64,000 nt of DNA from assembly GCF_964355755.1 (NCBI RefSeq), contig NC_092670.1, positions 36,506,388 through 36,570,387 of the forward strand, given 5' to 3'. Source of the stretch: Antedon mediterranea. Its lineage: Eukaryota > Animalia > Echinodermata. The translations under genes and the position numbers were made by a program. Each line of letters starts with the position of its first letter. Within the stretch, counting starts at the first letter, position 1. Below, in pieces: positions 38,901 through 52,873 of the stretch. Below the pieces are notes generated by a model. The model saw only the letters and a list, made by a program, of their open reading frames with translations, ran no database searches and was not told the DNA's origin.

Positions 38901-40604
38901 CGCTTACAATTTGCATAACGATGTTTATTTGTGGAGCATTGATGGTACGCTTTATTTGTCTTATATTCCCGCGGGTTCATATTTACTATTATTCTATACT
39001 TAATGTATATGCATTTGTAACGGCGTTGTTCTCGCATTTAGTAGCACGTATCCATCATTAATGCACATACAAGAACACGCCTTAAATGTAGAAAATAGTC
39101 TTTAGTCATTTTAATTACGCCAAGGAAACGAAAATGGAGAATGACGGTTTAATTATGATATGAGAACATTCGCCTGTAGCTCAATTTTAAGTTTACAATC
39201 TCCAGAAGACGCCAATTAACAAGGAATATGATCATACATAATGGAACATATACCGTACTTGCTATCAGGTGCTATTTTGATATACAACGTCAAACTGCCT
39301 TATACAGAAAGACACTACTGTCAGCAGACACGCATTTCGCCTATATCGTCTGCCGCGTATTACGTCATACAGTGCTTAGAAATTGAGAATAATACACATC
39401 TAATTATGTATGTTAATAAGACGTTTGTTGTTACCAACATATTTTTTTTTTCTTAAGCGCTAATTATTGGTTAGGATTGCTAGCGTGAGTCATTGCTGTT
39501 TTGTGGGTATTTAATATTATAATCGCTTTTAAATTACTAAATATACTTCTAATACATTTTACTTTTGTTAGTGAAACTTGACATACCATTTACAGTATTT
39601 AAATATTTCTTGCAATTGTTGACGTAATGTCTTTATTAATTTGCTGTGACGGTAAAACATGTGAAACTTTTTTAAGCGTTCTACATTTTTATACGCTCGT
39701 AATTTAAAATATGTTTTAATTTAAAAATCGAATTTTAATTATTGTTTAATATCATCGTATTCATAATATTTCTTTTTTAAAAAGAATGATAATGATAAAA
39801 TAGCCTATAATGCAAATTATTATTACGTGCAATAAGTATGGCTTTTGAAGATTTGGCGCCAAATGAAACCATATCAGTGCTGTTAAATTGTCATGTATAG
39901 CAATTTTATAACAATTTGGTTAGGTACCACCAGTACATCGTCACAATGAAACAACAACACCAGTTTCTACGCACGCGCGCGTGTACATAACTGCGTGTAT
40001 TTGGTTATAAATATTCTGTACCGTCCGTACTCGAGCATCAACATGTTTTCATTGAGCATTTTCTTGTGTTTGTACTAAACTAGGCCTACCATTTGCATTT
40101 TAATATTACACTGCTGATAAGCCGAGGTATGAAGCTTTTATGTCTTTCGCGTATTATTCTATGATTTAAAGCACATGGGACTGTATCTCCTAAAGCGGTC
40201 TACTTTAAAAATATATCATTGCTATTTAAATCGTGAATATATTGTTTTCAACAAATACGGAGTGAATTGCATCATTATTCTACTGTATCGATTATATTTC
40301 TTCTACCAGAAAATACGATTCTTCTATGATATCTTAAATTTCTACAATAATTGTTTATAATACAGTATGTGTTACGTATTCGTGACAGTAATAAAGGCCT
40401 AGCGTTTTTAAGCGATCTAAGCTATACAAAACGACTTTCATGAGCCTTTTTTATCTTGAACAAGCAATAAAAAAGAAATTACCATTACCATAACAATTTC
40501 CAATTATGATGTTCATGGAATCCAACCGAATAATAAAATGAAATGTAGGACTATTGTAACATTAAGAACAATAACGACATTGTATCAAAAACACCGTTAA
40601 TTCG

Positions 40605-40760
40605 TTAGATAGATGCGTAACACGCGCGTACATGTGTTGACGCACGCCTGACTATATTGACGCGCGCGTACCTACACTGACGCGCGCGTTCCTACATTGG
40701 CGCACGCGTGCCTATGTTTACGCGCGCGTGTCTATGTTGACGCTCGCGTGCAAATGTTGA
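40605..40760. repeat. About 20-bp CpG-rich minisatellite
   Basis: tgacgcgcgcgtacctaca-like units about 7 times. Confidence 0.75.
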
Positions 40761-41427
40761 TTATGCATTTTTTGTGCTCCTTTTTTATGCCGATCAATGG
40801 GTTTTATTGCCTTGGTATAATGGTGTCACTGACCTTGATATTCGTGGCCTGTGAGGCGTCATTTGTTCATCATTCATTGCGTGATCATGCGAATCACAGG
40901 AATTGAATGTAGTTAAGACGGTTTTGCGTCGCCATTATACCATTTTCAACTACAGTAAATCTACCTTATTTAATAAACGTTCGAAATTCTCTAAATTAAT
41001 TGCAATGCATCGACTGTTAAGTAAATTCATTCTCGGTCAGCTAGTACTACGTAAAACGGAAATAAGACATGATGGAACTATTACAAAAACGATTGCATTT
41101 TCCAGAAACTAATACATAGTTAATGTTATGTAATAACCATTTAACTTCCTCAAACATCATGACAAGAATTTATGATTTTTGTATTTAGATAAAAAATTCT
41201 AATCTTTGCTAGTTTCCGATCATTTTATGCAAATATGAGTATGTATTTCTTTATGACGTAAAACGCACGCACAAGCAATGATATTATAGTACGGTACGCG
41301 CGCGTCAAGATAATGCATTTTGTCAGTGACACTGGTGGTAACTGTGCCTCTAATTTGAGTGATGTTAGCTGTGTGTGCTCATAATCCTAAGTTAATTAGT
41401 TTTTCATTTTTGTTAGTAACGTAGTGT

Positions 41428-41675
41428 TAGTATGGAAAGCAATCGCCGCCAAAAATATTCGATTTGCACATCTATGCCGATTGATTACGATTACTACCAT
41501 CGGCCCAGCAGTGCACTACTATTAAAGGGTAATTACATTATATGTTCACTGATGACACGTCAACGTGAATCCACTTTATCGGAGCGTATATCCGTGCACT
41601 ACGTACATTTCGTGCACGTTTACTCAAATTGAAAAGTGTCTACCATATTTTTGGCGGTGATTGCGTTCAATAGTA
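41428..41675. mobile_element. About 250-bp MITE with 31-bp imperfect TIRs
   Basis: tagtatggaaagcaatcgccgccaaaaatat versus the reverse complement of the right end, tactattgaacgcaatcaccgccaaaaatat. Confidence 0.65.
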
Positions 41676-43239
41676 TGATGCTAGAAACTTCTTCTTTCGT
41701 GTTTGTATCGTCTTAGGTCTAATTGTTATTTTTTTACAATAGTTATTTCTCGTTTTATGATTCTTACCCATAATACCTCGTTGGTCGTTGATATAGTCAG
41801 TAATTTATTTGTAATTTCTATTGATCCGACTGGGATTGTCTAATGATGTTATTTTGACTAAATGCCGGGTATTTAATAGTAATGCATCTCAATTACTGTT
41901 ATTATGCTGTTGGAATCCTAATCGTCTTTCGTACAATAGATGAATATCAATTTTGTATATTTTTATTGTACGTTAGCACCATTATTCTCGAGGGAAATTA
42001 GAGGCAAAAATTAAAAACAGTTTGTAAATAATAATGATATTTGTACAAATAATATTATAGATTGGATTTATATCAAACTAACTATTGTTTTCAATATAGG
42101 TTATCTCATATACAATTCTTTTGTAGATTTATTTTTTTTGGGTTAATATTAGCGAATTTCGTTTTACCAACGCGCCACGTGATTACGGAGCTGTTGAGTC
42201 TAATAGTCATTCTGGGTGGGCTAATGTTTCTGAGCGTGCGTAAAATGACCTTTTCCTTGACAGCTGGGTAGTCGCATGACGTTTCGCTATTGTTAGTAAA
42301 GAGGTAACTTTACTTGAACTGAACAGGAATGAGTTTGATTTAACTTAGAGGGATATCCTTGACGGTTCCAAAATACATATTCACTTCACCTATTGAAAAC
42401 AACAAAATTAACTTGAAGTTTACTTTTAATATCTTTTCGAAATTGTAGAATATTTTTATATCGCATATGATCTTGTATAATGGTTAGATTCCAACAAGAT
42501 CGATATTATGGGTTGGGATTCTTAATTCCTTTTTTCAATTAACACGTTTTATTAGAACGTTTCCGATAAATGACGAAAATAGCAGAACCTCAATATTAAT
42601 TTTCTCAAACTTCGCGTACACTTGTTGGGCACCCAACTACGCATTTTTTTCACTTATAATTTTTTAAACTTAAAGATTAAAACAGTCTTAAATTTAGTGT
42701 GAAGTAGATCTTAAAGAGTACTAATAACATTATTCGTTCAATCGCTAACGATTAACTTTCGTGAGAGTGAGATTTTAGTCTTTCAGTTTAAAAATTATCA
42801 TTTTACTTTAATTATAAGGACATTTTATTACTACTGTACTAAGTCATATATGATGAGTAACTCATATCCTGTATTCTAATCAAATCAAAAAATATAATAA
42901 AAATATAAATAATACTTTAAAATATTGGTTTTTTTTCACTCACAATTTAGACATTTGATAATGTTTAACTTACTCAAAAGTACAGGAAACAAAGCACAGA
43001 AAATTATCTCGTGATATTTTTTTTTTTAATAGCTAAAAATGTTGAGGTAACATGCGCAGAAGACATGTGTTTCTGTTTTTATCAATTATAATAGAGTAAC
43101 CAGTTATGTAACACATACAAGGGTCGATATAGTACAGAGAATTTTTCAAAAAATTGCCAAAATATACACTTTTCAAAATACTATTATTATGCAATAATAT
43201 TCCTATATATGCTCATATAGCGTTATCATCATCTTATAG

Positions 43240-46200
43240 ACGATTAGTAACCATGTCTCAAATAAAAAGGTCGAAATTTGGCCATTTTTTGAAAAAAAAC
43301 CAGGGAAATTTTCGAAAAATGGCCGATTTTCGACCCTTTTATTTTTTGACATAAATGGTTACTATTGCATAATAAACATGCGCAGAGACAAATAATGGGT
43401 TCTGCGCATTTTAATTGTGCTATAGTTACCAGTTTTGACATAAATAGTTACTATAGCATAATAAACATGCGCAGAGGCGACTAATGGGTTCTCCGCATGT
43501 AAATTGTGCTATAGTAACCAGTTTTATCGAAAAATAAAAAGGTCGAAAATTTGCCATTTTTTAGAAAAAATCCCTGTACTATAGTACAGGGAAATTTTCG
43601 AAAATTGACCGATTTTCGACCCTTTTATTTTTTGACATAAATGGTTACTATTGCATAATAAACATGCGCAGAGGCAACTAATGGGTTCTGCGCATGTTAA
43701 TTGTGCTATAGTAACCAGTTTTATCGAGAAAAAAAAAAGGTCGAAAATTGGCAATTTTTTGAAAAAATCCCTGTACTTATTATAGTACAGGGAAATTTTC
43801 GAAAAATGGCCGATTTTCGACCTTTTTATTTTTTGACATAAATGGTTACTATTGCATAATAAACATGCGCAGAAAGCAATAATGGGTTCTGCGCATGTCA
43901 ATTGTGCTATAGTAACCAGTTTTGACATAAATGGTTACCATAGCATAATAAACATGCGCAGAGTCGACTAATGGGTTCTGCGCATGTTAATTGTGCTATA
44001 GTAACCAGTTTTATCGAAAAATGAAGAGGTCGAAAATTGGCCATTTTTTTGAAAAAATCCCTGTACTATAGTACAGAGAAATTTCCGAAAAATGGTCGAT
44101 TTTCGACCCTTTTATTTTTTGACATAAATGGTTACTATTGCATAATAAACATGCGCAGAAAGGAATAATGGGTTCTGCGCATGTCAATTGTGCTATAGTA
44201 ACCAGTTTTGACATAAATGGTTACTATAGCATAATAAACATGCGCAGAGTCGACTAATGGGTTCTGCGCATGTTAATTGTGCTATAGTAACCAGTTTTAT
44301 CGAAAAATGAAAAGGTCGAAAATTGGCCATTTTTTGGAAAAAATCCCTTTACTATAGTACAGAGAAATTTCCGAAAAATGGTCGATTTTCGACCCTTTTA
44401 TTTTTTGACATAAATGGTTACTATTGCATAATAAATATGCGCAGAAAGGAATAATGGGTTCTGCGCATGTCAATTGTGCTATAGTAACCAGTTTTGACAT
44501 AAATGGTTACTATAGCATAATAAACATGCGCAGAGTCGACTAATGGGTTCTGCGCATGTTAATTGTGCTATAGTAACCAGTTTTATCGAAAAATGAAAAG
44601 GTCGAAAATTGGCCATTTTTTTTGAAAAAATCCCTGTACTATAGTACAGAGAAATTTCCGAAAAATGGCCGATTTTCGACCCTTTTATTTTTTGACATAA
44701 ATGGTTACTATTGCATAATAAACATGCGCAGAAAGGAATAATGGGTTCTGCGCATGTCAATTGTGCCATAGTAACCAGTTTTGACATAAATGGTTACTAT
44801 AGCATAATAAACATGCGCAGAGTCGAATAATGGGTTCTGCGCATGTTAATTGTGCTATAGTAACCAATTTTATCGAAAAATAAAAAGGTCGAAAATTGGA
44901 AATTTTTTTGAAAAAATCTCTGTACTATAGTACAGGGAAATCGAAAAAAGGCCGATTTTCGACCCTTTTATTTTTTGACATGAATGGTTACTATTGGATA
45001 ATAAACATGCGCAGAAAGGAATAATGGGTTCTACGCATGTTAATTGTGCTATAGTAACCAGTTTTATCGAAAAATGAAAAGGTCGAAAATTGACAATTTT
45101 TTGAAAAAATCCCTGTACTATAGTACAGAGAAATTTCCGAAAAATGGCCGATTTTCGACCCTTTTATTTTTTGACATAAATGGTTACTATTGCATAATAA
45201 ACATGCGCAGAAAGGAATAATGGGTTCTGCGCATGTTAATTGTGCTATAGTAACCAGTTTTATCGAAAAAATAAAAAGGTCAAAAATTTGCCATTTTTTA
45301 GAAAAAATCCCTGTACTATAGTACAGGGAAATTTTCGAAAAATGGCCGATTTTCGACCCTTTTATTTTTTGACATAAATGGTTACTATTGCATAATAAAC
45401 ATGCGCAGAAAGAAATAATGGGTTCTGCGCATGTCACTTTTGCTATAGTAACCAGTTTTGACATAAATGGTTACTATAGCATAATAAACATGCGCAGAGT
45501 CGACTAATGGGTTCTGCGCATGTTAATTGTGCTATAGTAACCAGTTTTATCGAAAAATGAAAAGGTCGAAAATTGGCCATTTTTTTGAAAAAATCCCTGT
45601 ACTATAGTACAGGGAAATTTTCGAAAAAAGGCCGATTTTCGACCCTTTTATTTTTTGACATAAATGGTTACTATTGCATAATAAATATGCGCAGAAAGGA
45701 ATAAATGGTTCTGCGCATGTCAATTGTGCTATAGTAACCAGTTTTGACATAAATGGTTACTATAGCATAATAAACATGCGCAGAGTCGACTAATGGGTTC
45801 TGCGCATGTTAATTGTGCTATAGTAACCGGTTTTATCGAAAAATGAAAAGGTCGAAAATTGGCCATTTTTTTTTAAAAATCACTGTACTATATAGTACAG
45901 GGAAATTTCCGAAAAATGGCCGATTTTCGACCCTTTTATTTTTTGACATAAATGGTTACTATTGCATAATAAACATGCGCAGATGCAACTAATGGGTTCT
46001 GCGCATGTTAATTGTGGTATAGTAACCAGTTTTATCGAAAAAAAAGGTCGAAAATTGGCCATTTTTTTGAAAAAATCCTTGTACTTATTATAGTACAGGG
46101 AAATTTTCGAAAATTGGCCGATTTTCTACCCTTTTATTTTTTGACATAAATGGTTACTATTGCATAATAAGCATGCGCAGAAAGGAATAATGGGTTCTGC

Positions 46201-46342
46201 GCATGTCAATTGTGCTATAGTAACCAGTTTTGACATAAATGGTTACTATAGCATAATAAACATGCGCAGAGGCGACTAATGGGTTCTGCGCATTTTAATT
46301 GTGCTATAGTAACCAGTTTTATCGAAAAATAAAAAGGTCGAC
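43240..46342. repeat. Tandem array of palindromic MITE-like monomers (about 195 and 286 bp)
   Basis: Junction ccctgTActatagTAcagg(g/a) or close variants at 43572, 43769, 44059, 44345, 44632, 44918, 45111, 45309, 45595, 45881, 46077; long monomers carry a duplicated 89-bp internal hairpin. Confidence 0.93.
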
Positions 46343-47085
46343 AATATAGGCTGACCCAGGTATGCGGGACATGGTACACCGATTATGAACACATAGAGTG
46401 CACAAGCTCTAACGAGCGTTAGAGGCCCTAACAACTCGAAATAATAAGGTGAAAACTTGCTCATTTTAAGTCGTTTATTAAGAAAAAATAATCAGAGAAG
46501 ATTGATTTGGTGTAATACAGTAGAACATTGTTTACATGAAATATTATGCAAGTTACATTTTCCAATTAAAGAGTATATCATTCTTGTTCAGGGTCGTCAT
46601 ACAAATTTTGAATTACACCGTAATGGAATTGATGAGATAATGAATGGTAATGAAGCTCACTCTATGATGTTTCTCATTCAGGCTTGGGTCGTCGATAAGC
46701 AATGAATAAGAAACAAACGAAGTCATTAGAATCACAATATTTATTTGAAAATTTTATCTTTGATGTTTTAACTGCATAATCAGTAACATTTACGTTTATA
46801 TTACATGTTTTAGTACTATGTATCATGGAAGATAAGGAGTAAGAAACACAGGTTTTAATAGTTTATAAGACTATATAGTAATTATTTATTTATTTTATTT
46901 TTTTTATTTTTATTTTTATTTTTTATTTTATAAAAGCAGATTTAAATTAAATTCAATAAGACTAAGTAATTCTTATCAAACACTATATAGCCACCTCTGT
47001 TTTTCTTTAAAAGATTGACAAGAACAAAACAATACATCTTAAAATCTGATTACGTGGTGTGTATATTATTATTACCTCTAATTAA

Positions 47086-47225
47086 AGACCTTTAAATACA
47101 GATTATATTGACCAACAACAACTCAACTGGATTGGACACGACATTAGAAAAGAAAATGACGATCCTATACAAAAATACTTACTTTCTACACAACACCGAA
47201 TGAACAATGAGGTCGGAGGATAACA
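47086..47225 (+). mobile_element. Short RTE-clade LINE ORF2 C-terminal fragment
   Basis: RPLNTDYIDQQQLNWIGHDIRKENDDPIQKYL carries the L.W.GH..R motif. Confidence 0.55.
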
Positions 47226-47452
47226 TCAGTACTTGTTAGAGTTGTACAAACAAGTCAACTTGCTAGATGGAACTACATCAGGGCCAGCTTTACCAGGAGT
47301 CTATCAGTTCCGATCTAGTATATTACTGACTACTTTGTGTAATTTATTGCAATGTCTGTGGTATGTCACTCTAAAAAAAAAGAATAAAAAAGAAAAACAA
47401 ATGTTGTGTACACTTAAAAGTAGTATTAATCTAAATGCCAACTTGATGTCAA

Positions 47453-48940
47453 TGGTTACCTACGGAAGCCCGTTCGGGCCACAAGTTAACTATATTTTAA
47501 AAGCTGTTATCTGGCGGCCGCCACTTAATTATCTGGCGGCCGCCACTTAATTATCTGGCGGCCGCCACTTAATTATCTGGCGGCCGCCACTTAATTATTA
47601 GTACATGTCCCGTTACGTGACATGTACGTGCATTGGGTCCGAGGCGATGTTGCATATGGAACGCCACTTTAATTCTATTCGGCTCTTTTACCATTATAAT
47701 GGTAACGTATACGTTCGGCTCTTTTAGCATTCGGCGCATTTCTATTCGGCCCATTTACCATTACGTTCGGCTCTTTCAGCATTCGGCGCATTTCTATTTG
47801 GCCCATTTACCATTACGTTCGGCTCTTTCAGCATTCGTCTCTTTTTTATTCGGCCCATTTACCATTACGTTCGGCTCTTTTAGCATTCGGCTCTTTTTTA
47901 TTCGGCCCATTTACCATTACGTTTGGCTCTTTATGATTCGGCCCTTTTTTATTCGGTTCTTTCTGCATTACGTTGGGCTCTTTTAAAATTGGCATTTTTT
48001 TATATGGCGCAATTAAAATCTAACCTTTGACATGGGGTCAAATGGAAGAAAATCAACGACTGGAAATGGGTCTATGAAAAGTTTACAAACATTTTATCCT
48101 CATGGCGCCAACCATGAGTAGCCAACCGATTAAAGATGTGTTGAATAACCTAAAATTAATTCATCTTTATCAAAATTTTGAGAGAGAAAGGGTAAATTAT
48201 TATTATTATTAAATGTTAGGCTGACACTAGGCTAGGCCTAGCTAGCCTAGGCCATAAATCAAACCTTGTCTCTCTCAAAATGGTCAATAAGGTGGGACAA
48301 TTGCAAGTTCTCTAACACATTAATCATGTCAATAAAATGATTAGTCATATTGAAATAGCCTTCAAATTCATTTAATTCAACCAACCAAACACTCTACCAT
48401 GCTGCATCTATATGTTTTGTAAACTTTTCATAAACTCATTTCCAGCCGTTGATTCTTCCATTTGACCCCCATGTAAAAGGTTAGAATTTAATTGCGCCGT
48501 ATAAAAAGGGCCAAATCAAAAAGAGCCGAACGTAATGGTAAATGCGCCGAATAAAAAAGAGCCGAATACTGAAAGAGCCGAACGTATTATGGTAAATGGG
48601 CCGAATAAAAAAGAGCCGAATGGTGAAAGAGCCGAACGTAATGGTAAATGGGGCAAATAGAAATGCGCCGAATACTGAAAGAGCCGAACGTAATGGTAAA
48701 TGGGCCGAATAGAAATGCGCCGAATGCTAAAAGAGCCGAATAGAATTCAAGTTTGCTGCCGGAGGCAGCGATGGCGTTCCATATGCAACATCGCCTCTGA
48801 TCCAATGCACGTACATGTCACGTGACGGGACATGTACTAATTATTAAGTGGCGGCCGCCAGATAATTAAGTGGCGGCCGCCAGATAACAGCTTTTAAAAT
48901 ACAGTTAACTTGTGGCCCGAACGGGCTTCTGTAGTTACCA
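47453..48940. mobile_element. Non-autonomous foldback DNA transposon, TIRs over 500 bp with internal tandem repeats, 8-bp TSD
   Basis: tggttacctacggaagcccgttcgggccacaagttaact... versus ...agttaacttgtggcccgaacgggcttctgtagttacca; TSD gatgtcaa/gatgtcta; 22-bp NotI-containing repeat x4 left and x2 right; ~50-bp ttcggc repeats in both arms; arm homology continues to about 48092/48412. Confidence 0.92.
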
Positions 48941-49914
48941 GATGTCTATTTACATTAAAATGCATATTCAACAACAAAGAAAAAAATGTTGGGAAGGAAA
49001 ATACCCCTTCAAATATTATAAGCAAATAAGGAAGTATCCTTTTAAAATCATTCATCCAATATTAGGTTGATATTTTTGCAATGCGTTCATGTTAACCTTT
49101 ATCCTATATAATTTCCAACCGATTTTCATAAATACATTATACAACATCGTGTCCAACGAATAATAGCCGGTGTTTTTATTATGTAAATGATGCACTGATA
49201 TAGCTCCAATGTATTTGGTATCTAATTATGATATAATAATACAATAATAAAGCATAGTCATTATAGTATCATTATTGATTTCCCACTTCAATGTACTAGA
49301 AAAATAAAGATCCCCAAACCCGGATTGAGTACCAATGATTACTTTGAAAATGATGTATTGTTATTATTATTTTTTTTTCTTTACATAGAATGTCTTGTTG
49401 CTGTCGATATTTTTAGAGGTAGTTATGAATAAATTATGAATTATGATCCTGTGCATACGCCACCCGCGACATTGATAAAACCTGACGGATCAGCCAAGCA
49501 TGACCTGTACATTGCAATGGCGTTAGCTTCGCATGTCGTACGCTTTTAGAGAAAGAAACTCACAATAACAGGCGATCGATTTGATCATGTGACGTAGCAG
49601 AAGCTCGATTTGGACTGTTATTTACTATGGCATATTTTCTTCAACTGAAGTAGAATCTAAGAAAATTATTCCAAACTAGCACACGATGTGTACCACGTTC
49701 GGGAAACACTATATTCGGGCTAAAATCGTTTAACCTAATTTTGTTTTATTCGTCAAAAACTAATTTATAACTTAATTACTGTATTGGTTTTCATTACAGG
49801 TGTTAGCTTTTAATCCCGAAAGATATGTATATACCAACTTGCAATACCATTGAGTACAAATTCTAAAATTACGCGCAATTTACTGAATTTTGTCCGTACG
49901 TAAATTCAGATTTA

Positions 49915-50061
49915 AGCTTGGTTCCCACTAGAACGCAACGCAGCGACGTATCAACAAGTGGGAACCGAGGTTTGATTTCACGAAGGCAGGGGAAAACACA
50001 TGGCCCATTTGCTTACGTTGCGTAGATTGCGTTACGTTGTGTCGCAAGTGAGAACCAAGCT
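49915..50061. mobile_element. Internally deleted family A2 MITE
   Basis: TTA-agcttggttcccactag...gtgagaaccaagct-TTA. Confidence 0.85.
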
Positions 50062-51009
50062 TTAGAGAAGGTCGATGCAAGCTCATTTAACGGATTTAAA
50101 ACATCATCCAAAACGAGCCTATCAATATTTAATTAAAACTAAAGTACATAGACTTTGCTAATACAAAGATATTAAAATTTCAAGATAATTTACAATGTCT
50201 ACAAATCATGTTAATTACGCTGTAGTTAATTTGACCCATAGTGCAACGTTGCCAATGTGTTGAGACATTTTACTCCAGATGGTTAGTATACGTCATCGCG
50301 TAAGTAGCAGACGACAGGCTGAAGTATGTTGATGTTTTAAGTTGATACAAATACTTACACATGAATTCACGGGTCTGTGGGTATTGATACGATAATAGTT
50401 CGTAATAATATGAGATAGTTAAATTAGCAATGCGTCGAAGACTTTACGATTTGTTTAATGAAAATCAATAAAGACTGTAGCTGTGACTGAATCTCTGCTT
50501 GGTATGTTTTCATAGAGCGAAAGCGTTTGAGTAGTTTATGACTATGTTTAACACGGTGCTATGTGGTTTATGGGATCATTCCTTTCTAGAAATGGGTATA
50601 GAATGAGAAGAACATTGTTTAACATTACCTTATACGACTGTATAGGCTATTTCATTTTAAATCATTGTTTACACTGCTTTATTTTGTAAATTGCTCTGTC
50701 AAACATCGTCGTATACAATTGTAGGAGTAAAATTGTCAAGAGAGGCGATGACTGATAGATCCAGGATGGTACTACGATAAATCGCAGTTCCTAAGCTTCG
50801 ATGAGATAAGTCTTTATGAATCTCTAACAGTATCAACGGCAGCACAAATTATAATACAAAATTGGCACTTCGATATTGGCAGCGATAATTATGATTGATT
50901 TTCCAATAATAATCTATGTATTTCGTTAATCGGTATATTTTGAATATTAATATCTGGTTGGCGGCAATACATTTTGATATGCAATTTTTCTACACAGCAA
51001 AATTTGAAA

Positions 51010-52440
51010 TTCTAAGCAAGAAAAAAAAATCTTGTTTTAAGAAAAAATTCTTAAAATAAGTATTTTTTTTCTTGTCAAGATTTAAAATTACTTAAAACAA
51101 GAAATAATTTTCTAGAAAAGACACATTTTCTTAAATTAAGTTTTGCAATATTCTTGAAAATGCTTATTACAAGAAATATTTTACTTAAAATAAGAAGTCA
51201 ATATCATTCTCTTCTTATTAAGAATAGTTTTGCTTAAAACAAGATTTGAAAATACTTAATTTGAAAAGTATTTTACTTAAAATAAGAAATCTATATTATA
51301 TTTATCCCTATCAAGAATAATTTTTCTTAAATCAAGATTGATGAATTATAAAAATTACTTAAAACAATCAATATTTTTCTAGGTAAGACAAAGTTTCTTA
51401 AATTAGGTTTCGCAATAGTCTTGAAAATACTTGTTTTGAGAAATATTTTACTTAAAATAAGAAGTCAATTTCACACTACCCTTATCAAGATTATTTTTAC
51501 TTGAATCAAGATTCGCAATATTCTTGAAAATGCTTATTACAAGAAATATTTTACTTAAAATAAGAAGTCAATATCATTCTCTTCTTATTAAGAATAGTTT
51601 TGCTTAAAAAAAGATTTGAAAATACTTAATTTGAAAAGTATTTTACTTAAAATAAGAAATCAATATTATATTTATCCCTATCAAGAATAATTTTTCTTAA
51701 ATCAAGATTGATGAATTCTAAAAATTACTTAAAACAATAAATATTTTTCTAGGTAAGACAAAGTTTCTTAAATTAGGTTTCGCAATATTCTTAAAATACT
51801 TATTTTGAGAAATGTTTTACTTAAAATAAGAAGTCAATATCATATTATCTTATCAAGACTATTTTTGCTTAAATTGAGATTCGCAATATTCTTAAAAATA
51901 CTTATTTCGAGAAATGTTTTACTTAAAATAAGAAGTCAATATCATACTATCTTATCAAGACTATTTTTGCTTAAATTGAGATTCGCAATATTTAAAAAAA
52001 TACTTATTTTGAAAAATGTTTTACTTAAAATAAGAAGTCAATATCATACTATCCTATCAAGACTATTTTTGCTTGAATTCAGATTCGCAATATTCTGATT
52101 TTGAGAAATGTTTTACTTAAAATAAGAAGTCAATATCATACTATCTTATCAAGACTATTTTTACTTGAATCAAGATTCGCAATATTCTTTAAAATACTTA
52201 TTTTGAGAAATGTTTTACTTAAAATAAGAAGTCAATATCATACTATCTTATCAAGACTATTTTTGCTTAAATTGAGATTCGCAATATTTTTAAAAATACT
52301 TATTTTGAGAAATGTTTTACTTAAGATAAGAAGTCAATATCATACTATATCCTATCAAGACTATTTTTGCTTGAATTGAAGTCAATTCTATTTTAATATT
52401 CTGAAAAATACTTATTTTGAGAAATGTTTTACTTAAAATA
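51010..52440. repeat. Left subterminal array (102-bp unit plus a ~370-bp higher-order duplication)
   Basis: tacttattttgagaaatgttttacttaaaataagaagtcaatatcatactatcttatcaaga.. with period 102. Confidence 0.92.
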
Positions 52441-52873
52441 GATTGTCATCCTTATATTCACACAACGGTAGAGCAGTTAGCACTTCAGTTTCAACTGATG
52501 AAAGAATCTGGGTAATCAAACTGTTTGTGCTTTGAATAATCGATTGCACTGCAACCTAAAGAAAATAATATTGATTTAATATTTTTTATATTCAAGTTTT
52601 AATATGTTTAAAAACTAAGTTGTGCTTTAGTTGGGGAGCTATGCAGCCTAACAAAAAAAATGTTATTTGTAACAATGAAATTGGTCACAAAAAAATGCAA
52701 CATAAACTTAGAGTGTATAATGCCTAGGCCTAGTACCCAAGTCCTATAGTTACTATAGCTAATAGTCCTGTATAATAACAGTACCAGCAAGGCCTAGGAA
52801 ATAGACGTATTTCTCTAATAAAAGAATAGTTTAAAATGCATAATTGTTGTAATTTTAAAGCAAAATGGCTTAC

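Noticed and set aside
43244-46464. Repeated Cys-rich ORFs and a CRISPR-like look (palindromic repeats with variable loops)
   Set aside because: Loops recur rather than being unique spacers, repeats are too long, there are no cas genes and the context is eukaryotic; frames shift freely between units.
51805-52379. ORFs with 34-aa repeats
   Set aside because: Artefact of the 102-bp subterminal repeat.
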